64,000 nucleotides of DNA from Amphiura filiformis (lineage: Eukaryota). The stretch's first letter is position 1; every line of letters begins with the position of its first letter. The notes below the pieces were generated by a model. The model was not told where the DNA came from. It searched no databases and was given only the letters and a program-made list of their open reading frames with translations. The stretch is from NCBI RefSeq assembly GCF_039555335.1, contig NC_092633.1, forward strand, positions 21,164,334 to 21,228,333, written 5' to 3'. Shown in pieces: positions 1 to 13,871 of this stretch. The position numbers were made by a program, and so were the translations under genes.

Positions 1-720
1 AATTTCAGGAGATGAGTCTTTGATGAGGGACGCGATCAAACGCTGTTTACCCTTTTCTACTTATTTAGCAATATCATCCACTGTAATGAGTAACTGGGTA
101 TCACAAAATCTGTGTTTCCTACAACCATATTGTCAGTCAATCAGTAAGTGATGACGTTCAAGGTGGTACATTATATGGCGATGGATAACATGTTCGAGCC
201 ACTTGCACACAACAGACGTAAGCCATATGGGACGGTAATTGCTCGCATCGGTTTCACTACTTTATTTTAAACTCGGGAGACACATAAGCAGTAGTCTAAT
301 CATCTGGGAGTTCACCAGTTGATATAGATTGATTGAAAAGAGCTGACAAAAGTGGAACTAACTCCACGCTACATTCTTTTGGAATTCTATTTGGAATGTT
401 GTCTGGTCCAGAGGCCTTGGAGGGGTTAAGATCATTCAGAAGTTTCTCTATGCCAGCGGCCGTGGTTTCAAGTGGTTCAATGTTAGGAAAAAATCGTTCC
501 AGCTCGGGAAGGTTTGAAGCATCTTCGCGGGTAAAGACAGATTTGGAAAATGATTTCAAAACATCTGCTTTGCCAACATGATCAGAAACGGTTTCCGTAC
601 CATTTTTGATGGATGCCCACCAACATTGTCCGCCCGCTTCGATTTTGCATACTTCCAAAACTTCTGTGGGTTCTGCTGGAGGTCTTCCTCTAGCATAACG
701 GAGATATACTCATTGTGGGC
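1..720 (-). mobile_element. 5'-truncated non-LTR retrotransposon (LINE) fragment, ORF2 linker and N-terminal RT region; continues off the left edge
   Basis: Minus-strand ORF 296-658 contains '...FWKYAKSKRADNVGGHPSKMV...NLNPSKASGPDNIPNRIPKECSVELVPLLSALFNQSISTGELPDDW', the canonical LINE ORF2 motif (K-x-x-GPD-x-I ... PDDW) ahead of RT domain 1. Confidence 0.6.
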
Positions 721-3639
721 TTTATTTAGGTTCCTCTCCGGGCGCCTTTGAAGAGTTTGAAATCTTCAGAATTTTTTTATTTACGTTGCTTATTATGCAG
801 TATTTGGAGCTTTCTGCTTTGGCGATGAAGTGCAGGAGAAAACCAAGGCAGGTTAAACCCTGTGGAAGAGTACTTTGAAGGTTTATATTTTTCAGTGAGC
901 TGCATAAGGGAATCTCTCGGGTGGATTCAACTTTCATTAACAGATCTTAATTTCATTCTTGGAGAAAACATTCACCAAAGGTTGGCAAATCATCGAAGGT
1001 CGTCAAATTTACCTTTTTTATAGAGGAAAAAATTGCGACGAGCAGGTTTGGCTGTTGTACAACCGGTATTAACATGGATCTTCACCATACTATGATCACC
1101 TTGGTGCATTCAACAATGGCTCCATGATAGACCTCTTGAGTTTTTAAGAATTTTGATGAATTGTTTACGTGGAAGCATAGTAGCTTACTTAGCAGAAGGT
1201 TATTTGTAGTACCAAAAATTACATATCTTCACAGTCGGCAAATTTTAAGTCTACAGTTGTACTTACAGTCTTGTCTAAGCCACTGGAATAATTGAACTTA
1301 ATCTTGGAATCAGATTGTTTTGTGAGGCTTCTATACAAGTTCAAAAACAACATTATGACAAAATAAAGTACACACATTAAATTAACGTCAGCCTACTTTT
1401 AACATTTAGCGTTTCTCCCTCCACCATATCATGAGATTACTCGTATACATTTGCATTTATGTTGTTGCAGAGAAATTCAAGTAAATAGATCAATAAATAA
1501 ATAATGTTTAGACTGGTAACTTTTCCATAGTATTCATCCGGTAGAGTTAACACCCACGTTGTTACTCCTGTCTCTAACCATTTCCCTCTTATGTTTATCA
1601 TTTAGTTTTAGTTGAACAACGTAAGTGCGATGTTGAATTCAGCATTTTCATTGAAGTCAATCGCATACAAATTGGCTTGTTAATAATTCTATATAAACAG
1701 ATGACAAAGGTATTTGAGCCGTTTGGGGCAATTTCATGTGGTTAACAACTAAAATATTTGAAACGTCTGTTGTAAGTTTTATGACTTTTCTGATTCAGAT
1801 TCTAAATTCAAATGTTCGTATTAGTGTTAGTGTATATCCGTGTTTTACTGATAGCCCCAGTGATAAGAGCTCCAGTGGTTCACTGTATGTGTATATATTC
1901 ATATGATTTGAAATACAAAATATGTATTTCTTAAAAACAAATACAACATTTACTCACTAGTTGATGGTTTCGCTTCTCTTGGACAAAAAGTGATTGCTTG
2001 AGTAATTGTTGTTAAGTATGTTTAGTAATACATTTTTCTATTTGTTCTTTTTTCTTTTACAGCTTACGAATCCTGCTAGTAATGAAAGTAGGGACTTTCT
2101 TGTGGAAAACTAGATGTAATTATTTTCTTCAGCAAAGTCACCGACGAAGGCCCGCCCATAACTCCAAGATGTACAAGCCAAACAACAAAGAACCATGGAT
2201 GAGTAATATTTGTTCATCACATTCAAATCAAAAGATGTTTTCTACCATGAACACCTTACTATCAACGGATAATGTAAAAAGATATTGGATACAGTTGGAC
2301 TTCGTTACGGAGAATTTAGCACACGTGCTTGGAAACATCAAACTGTTCTATAAGCAAAATGATAAATAAATATAATTAATAACAGTACCAGGCACTAAAT
2401 TAATACTTATAAAAGATGATACTTTAAAATAGTACAAACAAGACAAATGGATTAATTGCAAATAATGTAAGTAATTCTACAAAAAATATCCAGCCAGACT
2501 GAGCTACCGCGTGCTATACCCACATATTGAGCGATTTGTCATTCTGCCAAGCAGTGTCTTTGTGCCTGGGCTGGATGGAAGTTATGTGAAAGACGGTGAT
2601 GAATTTGGTATAGAAGGTGTCAACATGGCGTAGAAAATGTCGACGGCTGTGACGTATGCCCATGTTCACTGATGTAGAATTTGAGTCCAAATGAAGAGAT
2701 CGAGTGGAAATTTGAAAGAAATCGAATCGATTAAAATGATTAAATAATTATTATACTAAATATACTAAACAGAGAGTTTGCGAAATGAAGTTTGAAAATT
2801 TACTTCAAACTGCAACGGCAACTTCACTAATATCGATTGGATAGCTTGCTCAAATTTACTTCAACGCCAACGTCTGATTGGTTACTGCACCAACAACATC
2901 TTGTTGCTTAAACTCGAGACATGTACGTATCAATTGGCGATCAAAAGCAGGGTGTGTGTAAGAGCTTGTAAGCGACTGCATTAAAATGTCTCCCTTTTGT
3001 TTAGTCAAGTGGGTTATTAGTCAAGATGTCCCATGTATAAGAGGAGCTGTACCTCCCTCTTAGCTACCGCCGCTGCACCTCCATGTCCACTTCCAATACC
3101 CTCTCTCTCCTCCTCCCTACCCCCTCTCTTACCAGGCGCAACCTACCATGTCATATTCTATTTAAAGATATATGAACCTGCAATCTCTTCCAGAAGTATG
3201 CTACACTGCTCGATCCATTAAAAATAAGCCATTTATACGGAAACTTAATCCCTTTACCGTTGAAGTTTTCACAGAACGCAATTTCGCAAACTGATATTTT
3301 TTTACGTCATGGTCACAAACAAAAGTATATACCAAGCTTGACGTTTGGAATTTTAAAAAAAATATTTTAACCTAATCAATTTGGTTAACCTAACCTAATT
3401 TCAAACATTAATTTTCAACAAGTGGTGCCTTTTTTACCCGAACCAAATTAGATTTCAAATAATTGGTGTTTTAATTAGATAATATATAACAGGTAATTTT
3501 GCAGTTGATGTGGAAATGTGGAAACTATTGTTCTTAAATTAAATTTTGCGTATTTTCGTTCACATGTTCCACACGTTGAAGTTTGTTCTTCCGAACCGTA
3601 TTTCGCAAACTCTCCAATAATAATACTGATATTAAAAAC

Positions 3640-3648
3640 ATCAACAGC

Positions 3649-3681
<33 letters not shown>

Positions 3682-3690
3682 AATAATAAC

Positions 3691-3788
<98 letters not shown>

Positions 3789-3890
3789 CAACAACAACAA
3801 CAAACAACAACAACAACAACAATAATAATAATATATAATAATAATAATAATAATAACAACAACAACAATAACTACAACAACAACAACAAC

Positions 3891-3950
<60 letters not shown>
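3640..3950. repeat. Compound microsatellite (CAA)n/(AAT)n/(TAA)n, about 310 bp
   Basis: Perfect trinucleotide runs are visible. The overlapping poly-Y/I/N/L ORFs in all frames are translation artefacts. Confidence 0.95.
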
Positions 3951-3952
<2 letters not shown>

Positions 3953-6900
3953 AAGAAGTAATAACTAGTATTTTTAATTATGTATAAGCAATTATAATTT
4001 AGAAGGATATTATATTAACAATACAGCAAGAAATACTTTAAGTACTTTTAAAAAAGTGTAGAAAGATGAATATTTTATCAACTTTACATTAACATTTGTA
4101 TGGAGGTATGAGCGAGCTTCTCTCACATTAAATGATATGGATTTTAGATTGTTTTCGTTCTCTGTTTTTAAATTGTCTGTTTTATATAATTTTATAAAGG
4201 TTTCAGATAACATGCTCCATGCACAATGAACTAAACGAGCTCAATATCCCCCGTTTCGTGTGTTATTTGACACCAATTGTTGCAGTTTAACTGAGGTAAG
4301 CTGCAAAATCTACGTCCATTAAGCTTTTTTAAATAATGCTTAAACAATTACCGTTAAGATTTTTTACGGTCTATGTTGACTGAAATTAAAAATATTGTTT
4401 AAAAGCTATTAAACATCATTAACATCAGTATCACCCAAATCAGAGTTCCCACAGACTCTCAAAGTCACGGAATTTTGAAAAATAGCAATGGAGAGATCCT
4501 GGAATTTAGATTAGATCAATCATCAGAAATTCCAGAGAGAGATGGAAAAAGATTGCACAATTCAGTAAGCCAAAAGGTACCAGTTATGTTCAGCCCTGTA
4601 TATCCTAAACAAAGACAGATATGTCATAATTGGAATTGGCTCGAATTTAAGACCTCATTTGTTGAAATTGTTCTAGAAATAAAAACACGACGATCCAAAT
4701 ACCCAAGGAAGATGCCAATTTAAAAGTTGCAGTTTGCTCCATTGCAAGCCCTATTGATGTGTACACAAAGCGTTCGCGAACAAGAGAACTAGCGCCGCGC
4801 TTCCATTGATTAGCACGTTAAAACAAGAACACAAAAGTGCAACTTTTGATTTCGTTTATTCATTAGGTCTTAGATCACCGTGTTTTTAATTCTCAACCAA
4901 TTATAAAGAGTACAGGTATTGGCTGCTTTTGACATACTTGTATTTATTTAGGATATACAGGGGTGAACACAACTGGTACCTTAATTTTTATGGCTTACTC
5001 AATATGAATATAAAGAACGGGAAAAGAAAAACATTCTTTGTTTGATCAATAACGGTGGCTGGATCATGTCGAGTCGATTTCAAATATTTGTTGTGCATGT
5101 AAATATCTGTTAGTTTTGATTTTTGTGATTCGGTCACTGAAAAGTGGAATGTACAATTGAAGTCTGTGGGCAACTAAATGATCGGTACAAACTACGAACT
5201 TTTTTACATTACTAAGTTTCACAGTAATTGTTTTGCAGCTATTCTGTCAACGGGAAAACTGTATATTTTACGGTGTGTAAAATGGCAAGGTGGTAAAATT
5301 TACAGCACACTGAATATTGCTGAATTAATTTTTATGATAACAGTACTGTAAAATTACAGGATTGTTGTGGGTGATTTGCTTCACGATATTTTACTGTAAA
5401 CATTTATTACTGTGTATTTAAACTGGTTTAGCCTTTTAGTTAGACAGTTCGTTTAAAATGTATACAAATGTGTAAGATCTTGTACATTTTAATTGATTTT
5501 TATGTTCAGAACTTATCAGAACTTATCAAGCATATTATTGTTATCTTTTAACATGTTTAAACTGCTGATGTGTTGTAGAGTGTGCCTATACCACAAAGAA
5601 AAATTGTATTTTATCACAGGTTTATTTTGTTGTGTAATAGGTTTTGTACATAGCTGCGGCAGAAACAAACTTACCCAACGTTGGACAAAACAGGCTTCAC
5701 GTTTATTTTGATCCAATAGCGCTATCAGTGCCCGATGGCTATAAACCGATTAGCCTTTCTATCGTACACGTACACTAAATATTTGAATAGTGCTATCGCA
5801 TGTGCATTTAAAATAAACAAAAACGATAGGGCCATACATTATTATGAAAGTCTACAGGAACCCTGCTATTGCTCGATATAATTACATCGTCATGGTAGGT
5901 TATAAGAGCCATATCGGTATATCGGGGCACCGATAGCGCCATGGGTCCAAACTGAACGTCGCGCCTTATCCAACAATTGGTTAAGTTTATCCAATGTTTG
6001 ATCCAACGTTGGGCTATAAACCTGCAATGAATAACCTTTGTTTTTGTGGGTAAATTATACTTTCTCACTGTAGCACTGTAAATATATATTATATCAAATC
6101 TTACAGGTGCACTTGCTATTTAGAGAGACGAGATTATAAGAGATACAGATTTATCAGCTTATCATAGAAAGCAGAAATAGGAAGCGCAAACATTTCACTT
6201 TTGTAAACCAATGGAGCTATACATTTTCGGATTATTCAAGGACATTTCAAGCTGGAAACTTAAATTTCGTTTAAGTATATAATAATGAGATCTCTCAATT
6301 TTCTTATCATATTTTGGCATGTATATTGAAAAATTTTCGCAATCTGGCAGTATTGCTATACATACTTACATTATATAAAACATTCTATTATCAGATTTTT
6401 TTTCTAAATAGCCTTTAAGATATTTTTGCCCTCTATATGGAACGCTCAAGTTAAACTAATGAAAGAACCCGTTTAGTTTCTTTAAAAGGTTCTTTAACCT
6501 TTAGTAGAACCATTTTGGCCTTTTAGAACCTTTTCTTTTCATTATAGAATCGTTGAGGATTCCATATAGAGGACAGGTTTTAGAACCGTCTTTTCTGAGA
6601 GTGTACAGATTTCTAATACGGGTTTCTTTGTTTTCAATTTACTCTTATTAAGGGTATCTATAAAAATAAATTTGGCGATTAACAAATCATTTGTATGACA
6701 AGTTCATAATTGAATGGGCTCTTATAAATTAACTAGTTTAATCGGTTTCAGGGCAGAAAGAAATCAAGCGACCACCGTATATCAGCTTTGTCATGATTGT
6801 AATTGTATGCTTTAGAAACATAATAATCTTCGATTTACTTCAACTTTGTGTGTTTTTTGATTCCTTTTATTTTCTCTTAAAAAATGATTGAAGATAATCA

Positions 6901-7389
6901 ACAAGTATCCGGATTTATTTGTAACGAATACGAACTAACCCGTTTTTATAATTGCCGAGTTGAATGTGTCGCAAAGAGTAAGCCCTGCGTAATTAATCTA
7001 ATCAATATCAGACACGGTTACTATATAGTTAGTCTAAACTTATTCGAGAAAGTAATTTGTAAACGATATGAAAATTGAGTGATCTCTAAATGAAACATCT
7101 AGAACTGTACTATTCCTTAGGATGTATGAATATGGTGTGTGTACATGAAACAGCAAATAATAGAAAGATTTATTTAAAACTATGTCTTTAGCGTTCTTAT
7201 TTTGACTTATGTTTCTATGTTCTTGGTTTGTGAAAATAAATATTATTCATTTATGAATGTTTCTGACAAACATAATTCTTACGAGTATATTATGCTACCA
7301 TTATGCTGGCATAAACACTTATCAACACCCAACATGTACACATGTGACAAAAACACCCCTACCATTGCATAATATAATATTTAAACGGT

Positions 7390-8525
7390 TCCAAAAAGTC
7401 CCCCCAAAAAAAAAAAAGTCCCCCTAACCCAAAAACGGCTTGATAAATTTTCTTGTTAAAGTTTGGAACATTATAAGCTGATTAGTTATGCATCAAGTGA
7501 GCGGGTTTTTGTTGCTACTTTTTATCATCTTTATTGCAAAATGCAGCCATTTATGAAATTTTCGGCAAAAAAAAGTTGCATTTTTCTACATAGGCTTTTT
7601 ATGCTTCAATTTGTGTTTGACAATTTTTGAGTAATTTAATCAAAAAGAAGCATAATTTAATTAAATTAAATTAAAGGTTTCCTGATTTGGGTGTCACGCA
7701 TTCAAAAACAATTTTTATGGTTCAGTGAATAAATTAAAATGAATGCTGCAGTTTATTAATGTCTTTCAATAATGAATAGGCCTTCTCATGTGAGATGACT
7801 TCTAGCATCGTTCGTCTGCTGTTGGTCAAGCTGGTTCCCCGCATGCTGTAGGATTTGCTGCAAAGTCCTCTAAGGTGGTGTTGTCCCTCACTTGTCCGCT
7901 TGTAACAAGTTAAGTCTTGATAATGGCCACCCATATAAATGTTTTTTGAACCATTCAAGGAATAACCACTTGAAACAAGTGTATAGGGATCCAGCATAAA
8001 ACATCTAACCAGGAATCTGTTTGTCCATTGGTTAAATTAATCAATGAACACAAGATTTATCATTGAAGTTACAGTTGTTCCCTCCTAATAAATTTAATTA
8101 AAATAAAACTTTTGTTGCTGAATAAAATTTCAAAAATGGCTATGATTACTCACTGAACCATAAAACATGTTTGAAATGTGTAAAAATTAATTCATGAAAC
8201 TCTTAACTTCAGTTATTTTAACACAAAAAAACAAAAAAAATATAGAAACATTCCTTTTTGATTAATTTTCTTCAAGTGATAGAGGTCTGAAACCAAAAGT
8301 CATGCATAAAAAGCCTATGTAGAAAAGTGCAGCTTTTTTTTGGCCGACAATTTTATAAATGGCTGTGTTTCTCAGTGAAGATGATAAAAGATAACAATAA
8401 AACTCCATTCACTTGATGCATAACTAATCAGCCTATGTTTCAAACTTTAAAACAGGAGAATTGATCAAGCCGTTTTTTGGATTATACCAAAAGTTCTTGG
8501 GGGGGGCTTATTTTTTTGGAAGCGT
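7390..8525. mobile_element. Long-TIR (foldback/MITE-like) non-autonomous element, about 1.1 kb
   Basis: 7400-7740 is the reverse complement of 8140-8510. For example 'ccaaaaacggcttgataaattttcttg' matches 'caagccgttttttgg', and 'gctgattagttatgcatcaagtg' matches 'cacttgatgcataactaatcagc'. Confidence 0.5.
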
Positions 8526-8825
8526 TTATATCTGACCCTAAACACACTCGCAACCCCACCCGCAACCACCCCATTCCTCTTGTGTCGGCTTTATTTGTCG
8601 CAATATTTGAGCGCAAATACCACTAGGTCATGCTCCCCTCCGACCCGCCTTAAAAGCAAGAACATTAGTAACGACAAAGGTATTGGTAATGTCAGTCAAG
8701 AGCTTAGGCAGGATAATAGGAAACCACGCGATCAAAACCAAAACCAAAACCAAAGCTACCAATACCAAAACTTATTATTTGACACGACCGATTGTACACA
8801 AACAATTAATTATACATTATAGCAT

Positions 8826-8905
8826 TCAAGTTAGCTCAATCGTTAAGGCGTTCGACTATGGTGCGAGAGGTTGCGGGTTCGAACCCTGGCGGTGCCTAGT
8901 ATGCT
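8826..8905 (+). mobile_element. tRNA-like Pol III box A/B segment (SINE head or tRNA pseudogene)
   Basis: 'TTAGCTCAATCGTTAAGGCGTTCGAC...GGGTTCGAACCC' carries a D-arm-like box A and a T-arm box B. The acceptor and anticodon stems do not pair, so it is not called as a functional tRNA. Confidence 0.4.
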
Positions 8906-11839
8906 CTCGTGGAAAAATTGAGTTAGCTTGAAATTCCCCTGGACAAGGAACTCACTGCTAATTTGTCTCGTTGTAACCCGTACGAAACTCGGGGAGCTGA
9001 TCCTGGTTGCGATGGTTATTTGTGGAATGTCTAGGGTGTGCGCTCTTGAAGCAGCAAAGTCCCTGAATTGTTGTTTAATGGTTTATGGAATGATGTGGGG
9101 CCATAGTGGTCAACATGTAAAGGTTTTTTTTTTTATCACATCCCCCACACACTCATCCCATCCACATGAGTCAATGAGTAAAACAACGTTTTTAGTAACG
9201 TTGTTTTCCACATTTTTTGTGGAAAAAGGTTTGTAACAAAGGGATCTTGTTGCAACTCCCCTATATTTTTCATAATACTTCAATTATATTTGGTGCCTAT
9301 AATCCAGTGACCAGAATACGTACAAACATCCCCACGTAATGTCACATAATGTGAGCGCCCGCCCGGCATGCCCGGGCGAACCATTGCAAATCGGGACATT
9401 CTGGCATTTGCTTTTTGCCCCCGGGTTTTTGCCTATTCCCATGAGCAAGCGTTTTTCACCTTAAAAAGTATATGAAAGCTTTCTTACTATGCTAATGCAT
9501 AAATTATTAGGTCACAAGCTTGATTCACGAATTAAAATTTCAAAACATTTTCTGACGATTTAACTTTGATCAAGTTGTAAGATTGAAATCATCATTATCC
9601 TCTACCCAAATTATTCTGATGTCTAGGACCAGACCAAATGTTTTGCCTATTCCCATGAAATGTCACTTAATGATAAAAGATGTACCCGTATCGTCATATG
9701 CCTTACTAGATCACTTAAGGGTATTTGCCCATCAATTTCATTCAGGAGCGTGTTTGAAAAGCGGCACAGCGCATTAGTAAAAAGAATAAAAAATACTAAA
9801 TTCGAACCACTGCCAAGGCACTATGAATGCTAAAGATGCCTATTGTGCCACGGTGACTGTGCGTAACATTCGGCGATTTTCAAAGATATACATATCAACA
9901 CGTTTCTAGTGTATTGAAAATCAGATTTTGGTAGGAATACAGTCATAGAAAGACATATGACTCTACTTGTCTGTTTATTTTTCATTTAATACAAATTAAT
10001 TTTGATGAATTGAACTGGTATGACTCTTAGGACTCGTGATAAACGACGATTAATTTTGTAATAATAAAATGAAAACGCTGGGTCATTCACGACGTCATTT
10101 GTAATTCATGTCAAAACCTGGGGAGGCCCACACACATCCGTGTATACGTGCGCAATCGATACTCAATGATCCAGACAATACCGTTTGAATATACCGCCCT
10201 TATGTATGCACCTGCTTGACACATCTTGTCACTTGCGGGAAGATATAGGCCTACCCTAATAGCTTACAATAGATACCCCACCGTAAATAGCTCTCTTCAT
10301 TACCTCGCTGTGCCAGAATATACGCGCAGTATACGTACTTTTGAACCATATTTTGTTCAAAAATGATAGGAAGGACTGTTTTCAGCTAAAATGTTGGCTA
10401 TCAGCAGATGCTCAATGATACCGGGAAGTGTTGCAGAAAGGTAAGCGTACTCTTTATTTATTCAAAATATCACATATCAATTAATTTAAATTGGAAATCC
10501 AAAAAGGAAACGTCAGGTCAAAATGTTCACCTTAGAATTATTATGAAATAAAATCAAACCAAATTTAGGCTCCGCAAACAACGTGCAATTATTCCCATTG
10601 GTGTTTGCTACATCTGAGGCTAATCTAAGAAGAGTTAATGCCTCGAGTTTCAAAATACACCGAGTGATGTTTTTGATCAAAAACATCGACAATTCAAGAC
10701 TCTGTAAAAACAAATCAAGAATTATCTGGGATGATTGCAACTAAGTCTAATGAAAGTTATGATCTAAGCTACCAGATGCATCATTAATTTCTTGACTATG
10801 ATATTTAGTTGTGGGAAAAGATTACTTTAATGTTTTGGCGGGATTATTTCCCGCCAAAAATTGCAACCAAAAATAAGACCTATCCATAGTATAGTGTGTA
10901 TAATTTGGGGTTGGGAAAACTGGCATGACTGGGATGCCTTTCTCGTATAGTCAATCAATAGCGGCCATTGTTGGGCAAATAAGTTTTGCCGAGCGTTTTA
11001 CACCCACGCTCACCAGCGACACTCAATTTCAACTTTCTACAGGCCTACCTGTTTTATCCTATTTTACTTTTTAGGCCGAAAAAAATAATGTTTTGGTTCT
11101 CGCCCCCTCCCTCTTCAATTTATGTGTCAGATTTTTTTTTATTTCTTTAAATTTTTGTAGACTTTGGATTTGGAATGTTTTAGGAAAACTTAATACATAT
11201 ATATAAAAAAAAAAGTTGATTTGAGATCAAAGATCACTTCCAAGTCTTTTTGTAGTGAACCTATGGGGTTTATCCCATTTGAAAAAAAGAAAGAAAAAGA
11301 ATAAGTGCCTCACCTTTCCTCGGGCACTGCTGGAAAAGACCAAAAACAACTAACCATGCTAATTTTACATTGAAGGAAAAAAACTCCCTCCCTCATCAAT
11401 TTATGAAAATCCTCTGGACGAGAACCAAAACGTTAATTTTATACGGCCTTATCGTTCCTTTGCACATGCCCTGGTATTTCAATGCGTTAAAGGGACTTTT
11501 CGTGATCCACAGCATCATCCCCCACTGTTTTCAAAACAAAAGGTTGAGATTTTTATACCACTGGAAACCTCTGGCTACATGTGTTTATGTGCAAAAAAGC
11601 TCTTGCAGATTAATTCGTTTAGCAAAAATGTCGTAACATTTGACGTTCAGGTACACTAGAACGAAATTTAAAAGCACGATTTAGACAATCTAGGCTATAA
11701 TTCCTCTGTGAAAAAGTATAGACCATCATTGAAATATTTGCTCTCAGGATTACAAAAGAAAAGACACTCAAGTGATATAAACAACATCTATTCGTGTGCT
11801 TATCGCATGTATAATTATAGAGTTATTTATTACTCGAAA

Positions 11840-12065
11840 GAAATGAGAAGAGAGAGTGGGAAAGAGTGGGTGTGTGTGGGGGGAGGGAGGGTCGAAAGAG
11901 AAACAAATGGGAGAGAGCATTGGAAGTTGAAAGGGAAGGAGAGGAGAGGAGAGTTCATGAGTGGAGTGGAGTGGAGAAGAGATATCGAGTGTAGAGGAGG
12001 CGAGGGGAGGAGACACTGGGGAGAGGTAAAGAGGAGATAATATAAGTGGGGGAGAGTGGAGCCTA
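11840..12065. repeat. Purine-rich (GAGG/GGAG/GTGGA) low-complexity tract
   Basis: Runs of gagg, ggag and gtggag are visible. ORFs 11708-12040 (+) and 11768-12103 (-) are artefacts of it. Confidence 0.7.
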
Positions 12066-12285
12066 TGTAAGAGGTATGGGTTGTGCTTACCGAGGATAAT
12101 CAACTAATTCATAATCTAATCATCTCCGTCATCATGCATCGTTTATATTTCATACAAACAAAGAAACAAACAAACAAAGTGAAACAATAGTATATATGAC
12201 GCTTATACTTCCAGCACCCATGTCAAGCCAGTCCTGTTACCGTCCACGTGTGAATATAATACACTTAAGTTGAATGTATTACTCT

Positions 12286-12400
12286 ATCACTGAGCGAAAA
12301 GCGGTTGCGATTTGACCAATGAGGTAGTGGCGCTTTTCCCAACCCAACAAAAAGCGCTCTACCTCATTGGGTAAAACCCAATCGATGTCGCTCAGCTATG
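12286..12400. repeat. About 115-bp perfect-arm hairpin (MITE-like palindrome)
   Basis: 'ctgagcgaaaagcggttgcgatttgaccaatgaggtag...' is mirrored by '...ctacctcattgggtaaaacccaatcgatgtcgctcag'. Confidence 0.5.
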
Positions 12401-12929
12401 TAGCATAAATTTAGCTTTAGATGTTATGATTGCAGGCAAGTTCTGTCCCTCATTTTAATCAGCTGAATTTTGTTTTCTGAACAAAAGAGAAACGAAAACT
12501 TATAATTTGAAACGAGGGATTGTTTATGGAGCAGTGTAATACACATAATCATGTATAACTCGCAAACGCAAGCTTTTTTTCATGGATATCTACTGAAAAA
12601 TACCTTTAAAAGAGGATGCTAGGATCATGAAATACTCCTTTACATCAGACCTGTAGCAGAGAGCCTGGCCTGTGGTAAGTGTCGGAACAGTCAGCGCCAT
12701 CAGTTTTGACGATCAATAATAATGTCTTCACAACAACTGAGGGCAATACTTCGGAATTATGTGTGTCCGATTGCAATTATTTAACTTTTTTACATGTTGA
12801 ACATTCTTAAATTTCCCATGGAAATGGCTAGGCAATATCAATTGGAAATGAGGATTTTCAACCTGATAAATACAAATATAGGTGCAAATTTAACCTTTAC
12901 CTTAAATTTAACCTTTTGAGCACATTATA

Positions 12930-13870
12930 GAAAGTCTTACGATTAGGGTCTGTCTTCCCCGCGTAGCAAGCGGGTGAACAGGATGGACGACGCGTCGTGA
13001 CGAAGTCCAGGGCCTCCGAGGGTTCAGGAGCCCCGAGCAAAAGCAATGAAGTTGGTTAGGGATAGAGCTGATAAAGGACATGATAGAAGGGTCCCATATG
13101 CACTACTCATTGTCCATGGGCCTCAAGGCTCTTGCTACGCCCCTGAGAACAATTCGGTTTCACATCTGGAAAAGGAACAGCAGATGCCAGCTATCTTAGC
13201 TGTAATCATTCAGAACATGGCGAAGAAACAGAAGGCAGAGGAATTAAGGCGCCCTTTTGTTGACTTCTACAAGGCGTTCGATTCAGTCTTTTATGATTCC
13301 TTATGGACAGAGCCCAAGGAGTTTGGTGTACCGCAACATCTTATTTGTTTAGCGAAGAGCTTGTATGATGGAGCCACCGGAGTTAACCGGTAGTTCCCGG
13401 TGTAGTACGAGTGTAAAATCAGAGAACGGAATCGTTCTCATATGAGAAAGGAGTAAGACAAGGCTCCTTAGTTCACCTGTCGTCTACAAGGTCTTCCAGA
13501 TAGAGCTGGTAAAGTGTTTGGTGGTAGAGTGATCTGGATATGCAGATGATTCAACACCAAGGAAGCCAACAATAAGGAAGAGCTGAATAACATGGCTGAT
13601 CAGCTTAGAATAGACAGCAATAATGATCAATAACCTTTAATCAACAACAGTCATGCCAAGATAGAAGAGGACGAGATTGAAAATGTGGACAAGTTTAAGT
13701 TCCTTGGTTCATAAATCACACCGCGGCTAGGGAGACAGCGAGACAGAGATTAAAATCAGGCTAAGAATAGCGAAAAGAGCAACAACAGACCTTGTGGAAG
13801 TGTGGAAGTCCAAATAGATTTGAGTTTGGATTTGAAGGTGAAATTAGCAAGGCCCTGGTCTGGAGCATCG
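12930..13870 (+). mobile_element. Degenerate LINE reverse-transcriptase fragment (RT domains 2-7, with frameshifts and stops)
   Basis: Translation gives 'EKEQQMPAILAVIIQNMAKKQKAEELRRPFVDFYKAFDSVFYDSLW...GVPQ...LAKSLYDGATG', then 'YADDSTP' and 'FKFLGS' in shifted frames. These are LINE RT motifs (FxDxxKAFDSV, YADD). Confidence 0.65.
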
Positions 13871-13871
13871 C

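Noticed and set aside
3475-3954. Five overlapping ORFs encoding poly-Y, poly-I, poly-N and poly-L peptides
   Set aside because: They are translations of the (AAT)n/(CAA)n microsatellite in all six frames, with no coding signal.
5690-6010. Region rich in CCAAT/ATTGG and 'atagcgctat' palindromes (possible promoter)
   Set aside because: No downstream ORF or exon with coding signal. It is more likely a repeat with internal palindromes, at low confidence either way.
8826-8905. Possible functional tRNA gene
   Set aside because: Box A and box B are present, but the acceptor stem, anticodon stem and T-stem do not form on hand folding. It is treated as a SINE head or pseudogene.
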